DNA of 63,291 nucleotides, filler included, from Phoronis australis (Eukaryota; Animalia; Phoronida), in assembly GCA_002633005.1 (NCBI GenBank). It is 12 parts of 12 records of this genome, joined end to end, with 100 filler letters (N's around TTAATTAATTAA, not from the genome) between each part and the next. Parts side by side here need not be neighbours in the genome. Positions count along the whole stretch, not along the records: positions 49,121 to 54,387 come from NMRA01002376.1; positions 54,488 to 57,307 come from NMRA01003402.1; positions 57,408 to 60,629 come from NMRA01003143.1; positions 60,730 to 63,291 come from NMRA01003606.1; 8 more parts are not named here. One strand, written 5' to 3'. Position numbers and translations under genes: made by a program. Positions within the stretch are counted from its first letter, which is position 1. Every line of letters begins with the position of its first letter. This document shows positions 51,415-63,291 of the stretch, piece by piece. The notes below the pieces were generated by a model. The model saw only the letters and a list, made by a program, of their open reading frames with translations. It ran no database searches and was not told the DNA's origin.

Positions 51415-52010
51415 CAGGCCCGTAGCCAGTGGGTTCTGGGGGTTCGATCGAACCTCCCTCTCGCGGAAACGTCCAGCCGCAGCCTACAGCTGTACGTTAA
51501 AGATAGGATATAGATGGACAACAACAACAAAATTGTTGCAGCTTCTACACTGTACATCATTCGCGCACCTAGGGGTGCTCGGGGGGCTCGAAGCAACACG
51601 CACGACCACAACCAGATATTAAAAAATTTGTCGAGTCATTTTGCAACTAAATATTTCTGTCCGAGTATGTAATGGTGTGTAATCACACGCCTGGTTTGAA
51701 AGTATGGCAGGAGGTAACGCGAGAACGTTCCCTTTTTGCGGGACCACATTGCATCCGAGTATGAGTCCCGCTCTTTGCGAGCGACCGTCACAGCATCCTC
51801 ATTTCTGGTATTACGAATTCCGTCTCATCTCAGAAACAAAGACCCAAGAGTCATTTTTGTGTAGACCAATTTTCTTCTCCCTAATTAAGCTGCCTCCATT
51901 TCCTTACCGGAAACTCTAGATTGTCGAGGTTTGCAAAATATCAAATGCCAATCATTCTACTGTAGGTATTCGAACCACCCCCCCACGACGCAATGCTGGC
52001 TACGGGCCTG
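51415..52010. mobile_element. CAG..CTG MITE with perfect 15-bp TIR
   Basis: caggcccgtagccag / ctggctacgggcctg; flanks cactg / cacta. Confidence 0.8.
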
Positions 52011-52144
52011 CACTACCACTGGTCCATAAGTAGCCTGTGACAATCAAACTTCGCACTGAGTAGGTCCTGCCAAAGGCCTTTAAAATGTTGCCCGCGGAAG
52101 GCTGTGGACATTGTAAGCTGGATAAAACGAGGATGGGAATGAAC

Positions 52145-52272
52145 AATTGGTCGGACTTCAAAAACATTTGCTCGGTCTTCAAAACCAATTGTTCGGATTT
52201 CAAAATCAGTCGGCTGCCGGACTGCAAAACCAAATGGCCGATGACCACAGGTGTTGTCCGGACTTCAAAACA
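52145..52272. repeat. short ~21-bp minisatellite (cggacttcaaaa core)
   Basis: about 5 degenerate copies of cgg(a/t)(c/t)t(t/g)caaaa. Confidence 0.55.
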
Positions 52273-52676
52273 CCATGCGCAACTTCGTGGAAGAAGAACA
52301 GTTGATTGAAGATTGGGGGAGAAGTGAAACTGGCCAATAAGGCGACTACCGGTACTTTAGCAGCAGAATAATATAGTACGCCAAATTTGTCTCAAACTCT
52401 CTTGTAGTAAAACGACATATAAGAACTATTTAAAGTAGGGAAAATTGTTTTGCATCAAACAATGTTTGACAGAAAGTGAGGGAGTGGTGTCTTGTCGATC
52501 CCCGGGTTTCCAGTGTTTTCACGGTCAGGGTCTTGATTTTCGAGCTAGTGAGCTGTTTTAAAGATGCGGGAGTTTGTTTTTTACTCCGGGTAACTATTTC
52601 TATTTTACATCGGGGTTCCTGTTTCGATGGAGCAGCCCGAGTTATATCGAGCGATTATTTAGACATTAACACACAT

Positions 52677-53780
52677 CGTCGCAACCACAGGCGCTTTGGT
52701 TTATCGCAAATGACGTCACAATATATGTATAAGAAAACATAAAGGTTGGACACTTAAAATTTGCAAAGCCGAGGCTCCCAACTTCAACCGTCCAAAATCC
52801 AAATAAAATCTGCGTGCATCTCCCTCAGTCTGGTGTTGCATAAACCTTCGAAGCCTTATCTTTCCTAGATTCCATCAACTGTCTTCGTGAGTGGTGAATT
52901 GGCGATGGAATTTCCAAAACAATATCAAAACTCTGAATTCAAGGACCTGAAATAGTAAACATGGCGGATTTCTGTTGTGCTTCAACTTGTACACCTGACG
53001 TAGGTGAAACTTCAAGTTTGAGCAAGCCACCTATATTTCAAATTCAATAACTCTAATCCAAAACTCAACTAATTGAGAATGTTAAAGTTAGTATTTTAAT
53101 GATTATTTGTAACTTTATTCCACTGACGGCTCATTTTAGCCCTTAACTTAGAATTTTATTGCATAAACTGGCGTATCTTGTTTCTCATCTTGACATCACG
53201 CCCTTTTTTGATTGAAGCACAACACACACTCGGCCAGAAAACGCAGCCCGTGCAAGTATTACAATGCGCGTGGCCGACGAGTTAACTCATTGGTTTTGGC
53301 CAAAAATAAAACCTTCATAAGAAATCACAGTACACAAGGATAATTTATATTTGACACAAATATGTGAGTAATTACATTTATTTGGCAATAAAGTGCTCTC
53401 TGCTTCTCATGATCAAGTAGTCGATGGATTGACGGCGAAAGCCGCGCGAAATTAGACTTTCGGATTTAGCTCGGGAACGTCGGTCAAAACCCGGATGTGC
53501 GAAGACCGTCTGCCATGACATCACAGAATCAGGTCCTTGAATTTGTGATTTTGGCATTCTTTTGGCATTTTTGTCGCCAAATCACCACTCGAAGGCAATT
53601 TGAAGAGATCAAATGAAAGAAGGTATTCTAAGAGTTGTCTGATGCTAGTTTCGTGGAGTTCCATGCACATTTGAGTAGAAAATTCTGAGCAAACAGATTT
53701 CGAGTGTCCAACCTTTATGTTTTCTTATGTATATATTGTGACGTCATTTGCGATAAACCCAAGCGCCTGTGGTCGCAACG
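52677..53780. mobile_element. 1.1-kb non-autonomous TIR element
   Basis: ~75-bp near-identical TIRs (ccacaggcgctt.ggtttatcgcaaatgacgtcacaatata..aagaaaacataaaggttggacact), degenerate pairing to ~290 bp. Confidence 0.85.
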
Positions 53781-55179
53781 TAGAGTCTATATATTTATAC
53801 AATTATTCCGTCTCCCGGCTGATTTCACAATCGCAAGAAGGCTGAAGATCACCGATTGGATATCAACCGGTTTGATAGCCCGGCTGCCCTGCAATGATAA
53901 CCTGCCGACTTTATTAGTCGGTCGACTTCAAGGGTCCCTGCTCCGTCGTATCGCAAATGACGATCATATTATCGGAATTAGCGTCGACGTATAACCTCTG
54001 ATCTTTTATATTATGTGACTGCTATTCCACGTCCCACAAAAATGTACCGTGTAACTTGTTTGAACTCAATCATCAGGATCGGCTGAGCGGCATTATGTGA
54101 AAATTAGTCCGACGTGCTCACGGTAGAGCAGCAGCTCGTCGTCGGTCGACGATCTGCCACGTGAGAAAAATCGTCTGGGTGGCCGGAAGTCTCGGTGACT
54201 GTTTGCGCGATACATGCATTTCGTGACAGGTTTTGTTGAATTATATTTAAATTATAACGTTCATTCTCAGGATGGTGCTCCCAGTGACGATTTTGATAGT
54301 ATGAGGTATTGGCGGGATAGAGCATCCGTCCGTAAAGTTTTAGAGGGAGGTCAGGTATCCTCAGTGTGCAAGTTTTCGTCGCCAAGANNNNNNNNNNNNN
54401 NNNNNNNNNNNNNNNNNNNNNNNNNNNNNNNTTAATTAATTAANNNNNNNNNNNNNNNNNNNNNNNNNNNNNNNNNNNNNNNNNNNNTACACTCACAAGT
54501 AAGCCAACAGGGGTCACTTATGCGGCTCTCACAGGGAAATGTCACTATAAATGTTGGATTAAAATGACTGAAATGCTTTCCATGCAAGAAGGGAGTGTTT
54601 GCCTTAGACCTCTTATAAGCGCTACAAAATTGTTCCCATGTCAGGCATCGATGCATGTCTCCTTTAAGTGATAGACACTGTCAGCAAATGATGTAGCAGT
54701 TAAAACTGCATTTCACTCTGTTTGGGGGGCTAATAAGCGAAAATCGAATTGGGCCTTTTAGTCTCATAAAATTGTCATTATGCGTTATTGTGATAGTTGT
54801 CTATTCATTTTGGGCTCGTCTATTCATGAGACCACAAACCCTTTGTTAGGGTGTGTTTAGTTACACTGTCCAACTAGGACAGTTATATGACTAACAGCAG
54901 GGTTCACTATGTACTACTTTCTCTTGCCTTGGATGTCAATTTCAAAAGACCTATTGTGTGTAAGGGACACCCTGAATTTACAACCATCAGCAAAGTTCTA
55001 AGTCAGTATGACCACTAGTTACCCCCCCCCCTTTCATGTTCCATTACCAACAAGAACACAAAAACCATCAGCGAATCAAGAAATCGCTTTGAAGTTTACT
55101 GGGGTTAGCCAACCCAAAATTATGGATCCAAAAATGTTGCATGTATGCATTGACTTGAGTTGTTGGCTTGATTGGCATT

Positions 55180-55364
55180 AATTCATTAGATCGGATGAAT
55201 CAGAGTGGTGAATGTTTTTAAATACCAAAACGATTCAGCTATGAATTCAACGTTTATACCTAAACAGGTTAAATTCATTAGATCGGATGAATCAAAGTGG
55301 TGAATGTTTTTAAATACCAAAACGATTCAGCTATGAATTCAACGTTTATACCTAAACAGGTTAA
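55180..55364. repeat. 92-bp near-perfect tandem duplication
   Basis: aattcattagatcggatgaatca..cctaaacaggtta x2, 1 mismatch. Confidence 0.92.
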
Positions 55365-55682
55365 ACTGCAACTTTGAAATAACTAAAACGACGAACTTCA
55401 TATAAAATTTTACGTGTCTTAGTGAAAAGTCGCAGCCCTGGAAACATCATAATCGCAGAAGAATGAACTCGACGTCAGCTTTATTAAATAAAAATTGTAT
55501 TGAAGGTGTGAGGAGAGTCCACATGTCCTGGCAGTTTGTAGTTCACCTTACTTAGTTGCTCTTGCATTCCTGTTTTTAGCGAATCTCAGGTGCCCCATAT
55601 TTTTGGCAATGCCTTGGTCAGGATCTTGAATCCCGGTCCAGCGGCGTCTGCGTTGAACTTGTTTTTGTGTCTCATATTTCAG

Positions 55683-55754
55683 AGAGCTCTGTTCCCTGTT
55701 TGATAAAAAGTTCTTTTTGCTGTTGCCTTATGAGGAGTGCAAGAAGAGACGAAT
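55683..55754 (+). CDS. NMRK1: nicotinamide riboside kinase exon
   Basis: ttcag|..|gtaagt, 72 nt; ELCSLFDKKFFLLLPYEECKKRR matches the NMRK motif FL.IPYEECKRRR. Confidence 0.8.
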
Positions 55755-56282
55755 GTAAGTCATATTTAAACCAGCATCAACCAATATTCTTTAAAAAAAA
55801 TCTAAGTTAATTTTCTTTAGACAGCAAAGTCGGTTAAGAATTGTCTTTAAATGAAAGATACCCACTCATAATTAGTCTGCATCGACGTGACGAGCTCAGC
55901 GTAGTGATAGTACTCTCAGTACATTTCAATTACAAAATCAGGCACTTGTTTTTTGGTGGATTATGTGCGATAATTAACTGAAGGAGAGATAAATTAACCC
56001 GATTTCAGATTTCACTCTTATGAGCATCCATGGTTGTCAGGAAAGGAAATCTTCAGCTTCTTTCTGTTGGATTTAATGCATTCTTGTGATTTAGGTATAA
56101 AAATATTAGAGTATCTGTAGAAGATATATTTCACGTGTTAGCCAAGGGTTAGTTTGCAACGTGGTCCTATCATGTATACTAGCAAAGTATAGCATAACAC
56201 CTGGCCACATTATGCATGAGAATACATACAAAGTGGGCTATGGGACAGGAGGCCTTAATCAATGAGCCCAGGGTCTAGAAAT

Positions 56283-56353
56283 GTGGTCTACTGGTATTAA
56301 ACCTGCACTCTTTGAATTGGGAAGTGACAACTCAATCACTTGGCCACACTGCT
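56283..56353 (-). mobile_element. tRNA-derived SINE head (degenerate)
   Basis: minus strand tggccaagtga ... ggtttaatacc (A/B box-like). Confidence 0.4.
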
Positions 56354-56399
56354 TTCACAAACGTGCGGAATATCACTAATTGCATTTGTTTTATTACAG

Positions 56400-56503
56400 G
56401 CGCAGAACGTATTTTCCTCCTGGACCAGTGGAATATTTTGATGTCGTTGCATGGCCCGCTCATCTAAAGTTTAAAAGTGAAGTGGCCGATCAAGATGACA
56501 TAG
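56400..56503 (+). CDS. NMRK1: nicotinamide riboside kinase exon
   Basis: tacag|..|gtaagc; RRTYFPPGPVEYFDVVAWPAHLKFKSEV resembles RVYQPPDSPGYFDGHVWPMYLKY; in phase with the previous exon. Confidence 0.8.
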
Positions 56504-58017
56504 GTAAGCCAATTAAGTGTATGTACTACAAAATTACTACTCAGAGTGGTGTTTTATTTCCGGTCATGAGTCACGCATGGTATTTTAACCATTGGATCTG
56601 GTGCCTTGACGTATTTCTCATCTGGTTTTGATTGTTGTCGTGGTGACATTTATGTTTCTGTTCTTATTTAATTAGAAAGTGCTTAAGAGTTACCATCATG
56701 TTCTGTAGACCATCTGGCTGTTTTTCATCACATGAACATGGAATTTTATTCAAAATTTGGAACGCTCTCCACGAAAATCTCCAAAGTTTTCGTAACCCTT
56801 TCTTGTTGAATCTGACTTTTGTCACAAATCGCGGGAGTCGTGTTTAGACTTCGAAAACAACCCCTTTTTCTTTAGCTTTTGTTCACAGATGCGTCACTAG
56901 GGTACCCATAGGATATGCCCCCTGGAGCTCCTGGTCACTTTGTTATCTCGTGCCATGATTTTTATTGGTCTACATGCGTGAGCGGATATCGCTATCGTTT
57001 CCGTCTGTCATCCTTAACTCCTTGATGGATGAGATAAATTTCTATTGTTACTGTTTATGGATTTAACTACTCCTGTGCCATCCTGAAGGCCTCAGGTATT
57101 TTTGTAGTTTCAAATTTCCCCTCGAAGGTGTCTCATACCTGGGTACGTGCAAACATATTGCGGCAATAAATCCTTGTTACCTTGAAGAAACTGAATTTTG
57201 ATTTGGACCACCTACAGCTATGAAAGTGGTTTCAGCTTGCTCTTTACTCGGACGAGAAGTGATTTTTGGTCTTGCCCAGAAATGACAATCTGTTTGAGAC
57301 TATAGTCNNNNNNNNNNNNNNNNNNNNNNNNNNNNNNNNNNNNNNNNNNNNTTAATTAATTAANNNNNNNNNNNNNNNNNNNNNNNNNNNNNNNNNNNNN
57401 NNNNNNNTTTGTGCTTATTGTAAGCTTAAACTGAATTGTGTAATTATTCTGACTACTAAGTTCAACTAGTTTCGTTACAAAGCTTTGAAAACTTGTAACA
57501 ATACTCCCAATTCCGAGGGAATTATCTTAATATTATGAATAGTCTAAGTTTTAAACATTTTGAAAATAATGTGCATTCACAAAAATTAGTTCACAAAAAT
57601 TATAATAAGTAAAGCTGCAATAAATGTGCCTTCGGCTATCAAAACATAACTTTTGATTTAAACCACTTGATGTTAGAAATGGACTTGGTCTCATTTTGTT
57701 GTTTACTGTTGGTTCTAGGGATGGAAAGATTTGAGTGTTCAGTATTGCTTCAGACCGTACTCCGTGCATTAATTGATCCATGGCATGTTGACGAGTAGTC
57801 TTATTAAACCCTGGACCGAAAATCATGTCCAATTTGAGTTTCAAAGTAAGGAACACATCAAGATCAGTTATGCAACGGTAGGTGGTATAAATGAAAAATT
57901 ATTTGTTTGACCGAAGTCGGAGTTACAGCATCTTTAAATGAACTTGGGTGCGTGTTACTTTTACATAATAACAAATGTTATTGAAATTCATCCAGATTCC
58001 TCTTGTTTTCTCGGCAG

Positions 58018-58133
58018 GCTGTTTTAATTGACATGGAGGAGGGTGTAGTTGGTGAACTATTGAAGGGTCCCCTTAAGGAAGTGTTTGACCACAGACAGTT
58101 CATCACTGATGTTTCGGGTGCTGGAAACAACTG
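58018..58133 (+). CDS. TUBE1: epsilon-tubulin exon
   Basis: AVLIDMEEGVVGELLKGPLKEVFDHRQFITDVSGAGNNW; cag|..|gtgggt. Confidence 0.95.
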
Positions 58134-58573
58134 GTGGGTAATGTTCTCTTTAAACTTGTTATCGTCTGTACGTTTATTTTGGGCTCTATACAAAATGCCT
58201 TAGACGTGTGGTTGGCTGTTGAGTGATCCTCAAGTCCAATCTGACGCCCTGTATATTTTAAATGAGTGATATTTGTTGCGAGTATTATTTTCACTGTTCT
58301 GGTGCTCTTTAGACATTGCCTTTGACAGTAATGATGGTAGATATTTTTATTTCAGTTTACACGTTGTCTGTTACCAGGTTTATCATCTCTTCAAATTTTT
58401 ATTCCTATCTCACCTGTGTCTGCCTGGTAACGGCTGGCTGTGGAATTCACGTTTCTTTGATCAGACATAGCTTAACTATTGTGAGTTGCCCTTATTATCC
58501 TTCATAATAGCCTTTTGAAATGCACAATATTTTTGTAAATGATCCTGTGAATATTCCTGTGCTCCATTCAAAC

Positions 58574-59270
58574 ATGAGATTAGGCAAAAAAGGATTCCTT
58601 TTGGAGCAGATAACTGTGTACCTATTCTGATTTTGTTTCTCGCCATTTTGTCCATATCTTAAGGACTTGTTTCACCACCAGGTGCGCCCTCTGTGGTCGA
58701 GTTAAAAACAGCAACATGGGAATCCCTTATTGGGGAAACCCCTCTAGTACATCAGAGTACACAGAGGGAAGATCGAGGCCAGGATCTCTGTTTAGATTTG
58801 GTATGCTGTCTTGGATCTCTACGGCTTCCCGAATGCGTCTTTACCACTTGTCAGGGTGGGGACAAATTATAGAGAAATTGTCTTCAGAAAGCTGTTCGTT
58901 CTGATGAGGGATCACTGTAATCGCAATTTGCGACCTATCGCAGTCATCCAAGAACATGTAAGAGACCAGAATCATCAGCTTTCTGAAGACAATTTTTCTA
59001 TAATTTGTCCCCACCCTGACAACTTGAAAAGACGCATTCGGGAAACCATAGAGATCCAAGTCAGCAGACCAAGTCTGAACAGAGATCCTGGCTTTGATCT
59101 TCCCGCTGTGTACTCTGACGTGCTAGAGGGGTTTCCCCAATAAGGCAGTCCCATGTTGCTGTTTTTAACTCAACCACAGACGGCGCACGTGGTGGACGAA
59201 ATGGCGCACATCGACATCATAATAGGAACATTGTATCTGCTCCAAAAGAATCCTTTTCAACTAGTCTCAT
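58574..59270. mobile_element. ~700-bp foldback (inverted repeat) carrying a Penelope GIY-YIG C-terminal fragment, in a TUBE1 intron
   Basis: arms pair over ~330 bp around tcgcaa-t-ttgcga (58921-58933); right arm encodes AVIQEHVRDQNH..DNFSII..RRIRETIEI..RPSLNRDPGFDLPAVY. Confidence 0.88.
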
Positions 59271-59441
59271 TTTTTTAAACTTGTCGAAACTTTCAGAGTA
59301 AACGAAAATGTATAGTGTAATTTTCTAATGTTGGATTTCCTGCACAGTTTTTATCACAGCTTCAACAAATCTAGATAACTTCTATAAGACTTGATCAGTT
59401 TTTTGAACGGCACCTGGCTTTTATTTCTTTCTCCTAAACAG

Positions 59442-59563
59442 GGCTGTTGGTCACAAGATGTATGGTAGCAAGTATCGTGAAGAGATATCAGAGATTATAC
59501 GTCGCGCGGCAGAGCTTTGTGATTGTCTCCAATGCTTCTTCATCATTCACTCCATGGGTGGAG
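59442..59563 (+). CDS. TUBE1: epsilon-tubulin exon
   Basis: AVGHKMYGSKYREEISEIIRRAAELCDCLQCFFIIHSMGG; in phase with the previous exon. Confidence 0.95.
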
Positions 59564-62152
59564 GTAGGAACTTGCATTGACATTAGTGTTGACGTATAGC
59601 AGCAGTGTGTAGGAAAACACAAGTATGGAGTATCATAACTAGTGAGAATATGGCATGTAATGTGGCTGGTACTAAGGTTAGTCTGAGTGGATCAATGGTC
59701 ATCTCATCTGCGCAGGTAACAAAGAACCTTGCAAAAGAAGCTAGTGTGAACCTGTGCTTTGCTTGTAATACATGGCGATATCTCACAAAAGTCCTTTGTG
59801 ATTTTCCGTTTTCATGAGGTTCTTGTTTCTGCAGAACTCATGCTAGTTTTATAGCGAGTTGGTCATATCAAATCGTTGTTGTCCATATTAAATGGTTTTT
59901 GTCCATATCAAATAGTTGTTTCTTTTTTGAAGCAGCTGTTAACTGTGAACACTTGTATTCATTGAACTTTTTAAGGATGTATGAAAATTGTGTGCGAGTA
60001 TCCCAGAACTGTCTGAGACTTATTGGAAGGTTTTGGTGAAGCTACGGAGTTAAGTGTAGCTCCTTATCTCTGTTTTGGCTTCTCACTAGCTGTAGTTTGA
60101 GTGTGTAGTTGTTACTAGAGTTTTTGAACTTTACGTGCAATCAGCTGGGCTCAGTGTAATTAATATTACGTATATTTTGTGGAGATGATTATTTGAAAGT
60201 AAGACGCATATGTTTCCCCAATTCATTGAAGGGTGACTTTGTGTGCTATTCGTTATTCTGGTTGGAAGTTTTTTCTTGAGGGAGGAGTAACTTTCATCTT
60301 TGAATTGGTTCATTTTTCAAATATCTCACGAGACAAATAATTTAAGTGTTGTTAACTGAAGTGGTTGTCTTGGGCTGCAAAGCATCATTCTGGTGTGTAC
60401 CTGACTCGTCTCATTTTGAAACCTGCACTTACTAACTAAAAATGCCTGCCTGCATCAATTTCAACTTAGGTCGTGTTTTTTGTTGAACAGCTAAACAAAG
60501 GTAAGCAAGGATTGAAACGACTAGCTTTACCAACCGATAAGTAAAAAACGAAACAAATCTCCCATTGTTTTTGCACATCACTGACTCGATTTTCAAAAAA
60601 CAGACCAGAAGCAGTTGTTCTTTTTTAGCNNNNNNNNNNNNNNNNNNNNNNNNNNNNNNNNNNNNNNNNNNNNTTAATTAATTAANNNNNNNNNNNNNNN
60701 NNNNNNNNNNNNNNNNNNNNNNNNNNNNNGAATAAGTTAGGGTTCATTATATCCGATTAGTGCCGAATATTGTTTTAAATTTCTACCTTTGTTTTGAGAA
60801 TTAATAAAGAGATTATCTGTAATGGTTGCTATTAATAGCCACTTCAATACCACAGCAGTGCCCTCTATGATTCTGCAGTGTTAACCCCCAATCCTGTGCA
60901 TCTGTGGTTGTACAGTCTTGCTGCGCTAATTACAATTTTGCGTTAAGAATAGTCATTTTGTCATTCTGGCTCAGCAGTGTGTCAGCAGCCTCATCTCTCA
61001 AATACTTGGTCATTATACTATGTGTTCTAAATGGGATAGACGGAGTTGGGTTAGGTAAATTAGCCTACTTTGTTTGAATGGATGTCTTCCATTAATCTAT
61101 ACACAACAACCGTAATTTCCCACTTATTTTGACAAAAATTATTGCCAAAATTGTCACGTTTCCACAACTAATCACTCTACTGTTCTACAACATCTACACA
61201 GTACAAACCATGCTAGTAATGGACGAAAATTTTTCAATCTTCATTTATGTGACTATAACTTCACTTGTCGGTCATGTTATATCCTAAATAAGTGAAGAAC
61301 TTCCGTATATCCGTGAAGTTAAAACAATCCGCGTTAAGTATATTCATTAGCAGCAACACATTAATTCTACTTCCGAGCATTATCTGAGATGGCATGATGG
61401 ATAAGCAACCTAGCTTATTCACAAGAATAAAGATAATTCAATAATGAATTTCAGAGAATTCATTATTCTGAGTCAACTAAAATATATACATTCTTAGGCA
61501 GCACTATTGTGTTGTGTTGTTTTGGACAATTGTACAGGACTGGTACAAAGTCATATACATCTGGATTAACATCAACCATTAGTAACCATATTATTTCATT
61601 TTCCAAGTGTCAAGACCCCTCTAACCAGACAATACCAAGAATGTCATGTTTTTTGTTTACAGTCTAAAATGAGTAGACTAGATTATATAATTTTTGAGGC
61701 AGAGTGTTGTATTGTACAGCATTGGACAATTTTACAGGTACAAAATCATACAAATGGACTATTAAATGATTTTCCAAGTGCTAAGACTTTGCTAATGAGA
61801 TGATAATCGGTCGAGTCAAGATCAAAACTTCAAGATCTTGTGAACATTTTCACAAATTTTTTGATGCCCGTTTCTTCAACAGCATTTCTGTGTCACTGTT
61901 CACGTTATATAAGGTTAAATTGGAATATTTATGAAATGTTCTTATGAATTAAAAAAATGCAAGTTTTACATGTAAAGTCAAACATATATGTAAGACGATG
62001 TGTTAAATTGATGTAATTAACAAGTATTATATATACTTTGGTTAACAACCTCTGAGCAAGAAATCAATCAACACAACATAAATAAAATAATTTAGAAGTC
62101 ATGTCACATGATTCTTCATTGTACTAAGAATTATGGTTCGTATTTCTTCCTC

Positions 62153-62261
62153 CTAACTTTGAAGCAGACGTAATGCAATAGCTTCATCATCGTCCAATGA
62201 AAGTCCAGTATCCAGCATTTCTTCAGAGTTGCTGCCCCTCTTTGACCTTTTTATTGGTATA
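62153..62261 (-). CDS. DDX10: DEAD-box helicase DDX10 terminal coding exon
   Basis: tgcag|..IPIKRSKRGSNSEEMLDTGLSLDDDEAIALRLLQS*; resembles the DDX10 C-terminal LDTGLSL.EDE.L.L.LL motif. Confidence 0.72.
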
Positions 62262-63053
62262 CTGCAAAAACATAAACAAGTGGCAAAATAAACAGATGTA
62301 AACACGAAGAGGTGTCGGGGAATGACCAGCAATATTTTATTTTATTTTAATCAAAACAGTTCAATGACTTATTTCAAATTCAGTCCATTAATCAACATGT
62401 CCACATTGCTGTAGGGTATGTACCTGAAGTTCCTCCGTGGATAGACTGGTATGAAAAAAAGGGATCGAGCGATTTGACACCAAGCGGTATATCAGACGTC
62501 CACAGGCCTCATGGTTGGGCCCATTGCACGAAACACCCGAGTTAAAACTCACAAGAGTCCTGTTATCCATCAACAGGTTCTTCGTGTTGTATGTTATAGA
62601 CATGTGGTGTGAACAAACCCCAATATGTCAGGCATCACACATACCTTCATTGTGACAGTCTTAGATATGCATGCGGCCAGCCAGTCAGGGATCTAACGAA
62701 AGTGGTGACAGCTGGTGGGGATGGAAATATTTACGAACAGGGAGAGTGCTATATCATCTCAGATAAGATTTTCCATCACTTTGTGTTATCACATGACCCA
62801 TTATCATTGTTATCCGGGTGTTGCATTCTCGACCTGAACTGTGCTGCCGCACTTCCAGAAGAGACCCATCAAGGATACACGGACAGTGGGAGACTTTATA
62901 TTCACTAGGTGGCGGTAATGAGCAGTCTAACCTTTTCAATACCTTAGTAGATCGAGAGCATAAGCCTTTCATAATCATGTCCCTTTCTGTATTCCAACAG
63001 TCCAACATGACTACCTGAATGCATCCATTTCTGCAGGTAGGACCACTGTCACA

Positions 63054-63068
63054 CTAGCGCCACCTGGT
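63054..63068 (-). promoter_or_regulatory. CTCF-like motif in the last DDX10 intron
   Basis: reverse complement ACCAGGTGGCGCTAG matches the CTCF core consensus; motif match only. Confidence 0.3.
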
Positions 63069-63118
63069 ATATTTACAGTTGCCCATAACTCCGTCTATCA
63101 ATGCACAGATTTACCCAC

Positions 63119-63291
63119 CTTTCTTCCACATCACTATCTGATTCACTGCTGCTGTGATTGCTGTGTCTTTCATTGTCACTCGACTCGGATTCATCAACAA
63201 CACGGCCACCAGATGTCACTGAATCGTCACCTGCATCACTTTCCTCTGCATCACTGGCAGTCGAGCCAAGAACGGCAATAGGTTCATCCTC
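63119..63291 (-). CDS. DDX10: acidic penultimate exon of DDX10 (runs to window edge)
   Basis: open D/E/S-rich frame EDEPIAVLG..SDSDVEES ending ag|gtgggt, in phase with the terminal exon. Confidence 0.65.

Noticed and set aside
55547-55696. Apparent minus-strand terminal exon (EQSSLKYETQKQVQRRRRWTGIQDP..)
   Set aside because: Overlaps the acceptor and start of the well-supported plus-strand NMRK exon; no recognisable homology
58901-58960. CTGATGA near the hairpin centre as a possible hammerhead ribozyme
   Set aside because: No stem II-GAAA arrangement follows; other CTGANGA hits checked (1725, 5371, 16035, 25183) also lack the full core

Overview
AT-rich, intron-containing invertebrate (probably marine metazoan) genomic DNA from a fragmented scaffold. 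It has 11 artificial N-TTAATTAATTAA-N spacers and one plain N run, so every gene is only partly visible. Exons read by hand, all with canonical splice sites and consistent phases: an SLC23/nucleobase-ascorbate transporter (-, 5 exons), a Tie/angiopoietin-receptor-like EGF region (+, 2 exons), DBT (+, 3 exons), nicotinamide riboside kinase (+, 2 exons), epsilon-tubulin (+, 2 exons) and the 3' end of DDX10 (-, 2 exons). A disrupted tandem-TLDc (IFI44-like) locus runs in frame into a 33-nt coding minisatellite. The intergenic and intronic space is dense with transposon relics: a Gypsy pol remnant, an Academ-like element with a 3-bp TSD, Penelope GIY-YIG relics, tRNA-SINE heads, a set of CA..TG MITEs with 5-bp TSDs, and an interstitial telomere-like tract. 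The most unusual items are a ~700-bp foldback made of a Penelope endonuclease tail inside an epsilon-tubulin intron, and the TLDc-TLDc-minisatellite locus. No database searches were run; family assignments rest on recalled motifs.
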